DNA of 63,173 nucleotides, the filler included, from Octopus bimaculoides (Eukaryota): NCBI RefSeq assembly GCF_001194135.2. It is 8 parts of 8 records of this genome, joined end to end, with 100 filler letters (N's around TTAATTAATTAA, not from the genome) between each part and the next. Parts side by side here need not be neighbours in the genome. Positions count along the whole stretch, not along the records: positions 61,723 to 63,173 come from NW_026324083.1; 7 more parts are not named here. One strand, written 5' to 3'. Each line of letters opens with the position of its first letter. Within the stretch, counting starts at the first letter, position 1. Below the pieces are notes generated by a model. The model was not told where the DNA came from. It worked only from the letters and a program-made list of their open reading frames with translations, and did no database searches. This document shows, piece after piece, positions 62,901-63,173 of this stretch. Position numbers and translations under genes: made by a program.

Positions 62901-63126
62901 TAGTTATATAGTTGCTGGCAGCATAAGCAAAACTTTACAAACGTAAAAATTTCTCCATTCAGTTTTTCAGATATTAAAGATACAGTAACTTTTGTTGTCC
63001 TTTCAGGAAATGATCCATAAGTTTAAAATGGCTCTTGTTTTGAGCAATTTTCTTCTTAACTTTGAATACACAAATGTATAAACCTATTCCATGTTTATGT
63101 ATTTGTGTGTGTACACACACATACGG

Positions 63127-63173
63127 AGGTGCAATGGCCCAGTGGTTAGGGCAGCGGACTCGTGGTCATAGGA
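63127..63173 (+). mobile_element. SINE family D head, cut by the window edge
   Basis: GGTGCAATGGCCCAGTGGTTAGGGCAGCGGACTCGTGGTCATAGGA. Confidence 0.85.

Overview
Eukaryotic, AT-rich, gap-containing scaffold window. Its SINE families, microsatellite load and transposon content are most consistent with an octopus/coleoid cephalopod (inference from recognised repeats, no database check). It has no intact protein-coding ORF and no rRNA, CRISPR or true tRNA gene. Nearly all ORFs in the supplied track are microsatellite or N-gap read-throughs. Host-gene evidence is one candidate signal-peptide exon on the minus strand (8435-8570). The rest is mostly decayed mobile DNA: (1) a Penelope-like retroelement (PLE, 2.8-6.7 kb) split by a GG...CC/8-bp-TSD Merlin-type element and followed by a mariner and a hammerhead-ribozyme-bearing pLTR; (2) further PLE ends with hammerhead-like motifs; (3) a fold-back mariner derivative in three copies; (4) a Tx1/L1-clade LINE 3' end inside (GATA)n; (5) RTE and R4/Dong-type LINE fragments, a maT-type transposon, several MITEs and many tRNA-derived SINEs. 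The most interesting observations are: a TA-flanked MITE (16.8-17.1 kb) carrying a complete heat-shock promoter layout (long nGAAn array, TATA box, TCAGTT initiator); a group of PLE hammerheads with unusually long helix II; and a SINE whose 3' tail matches the 3' end of the microsatellite-embedded Tx1 LINE in the same window.
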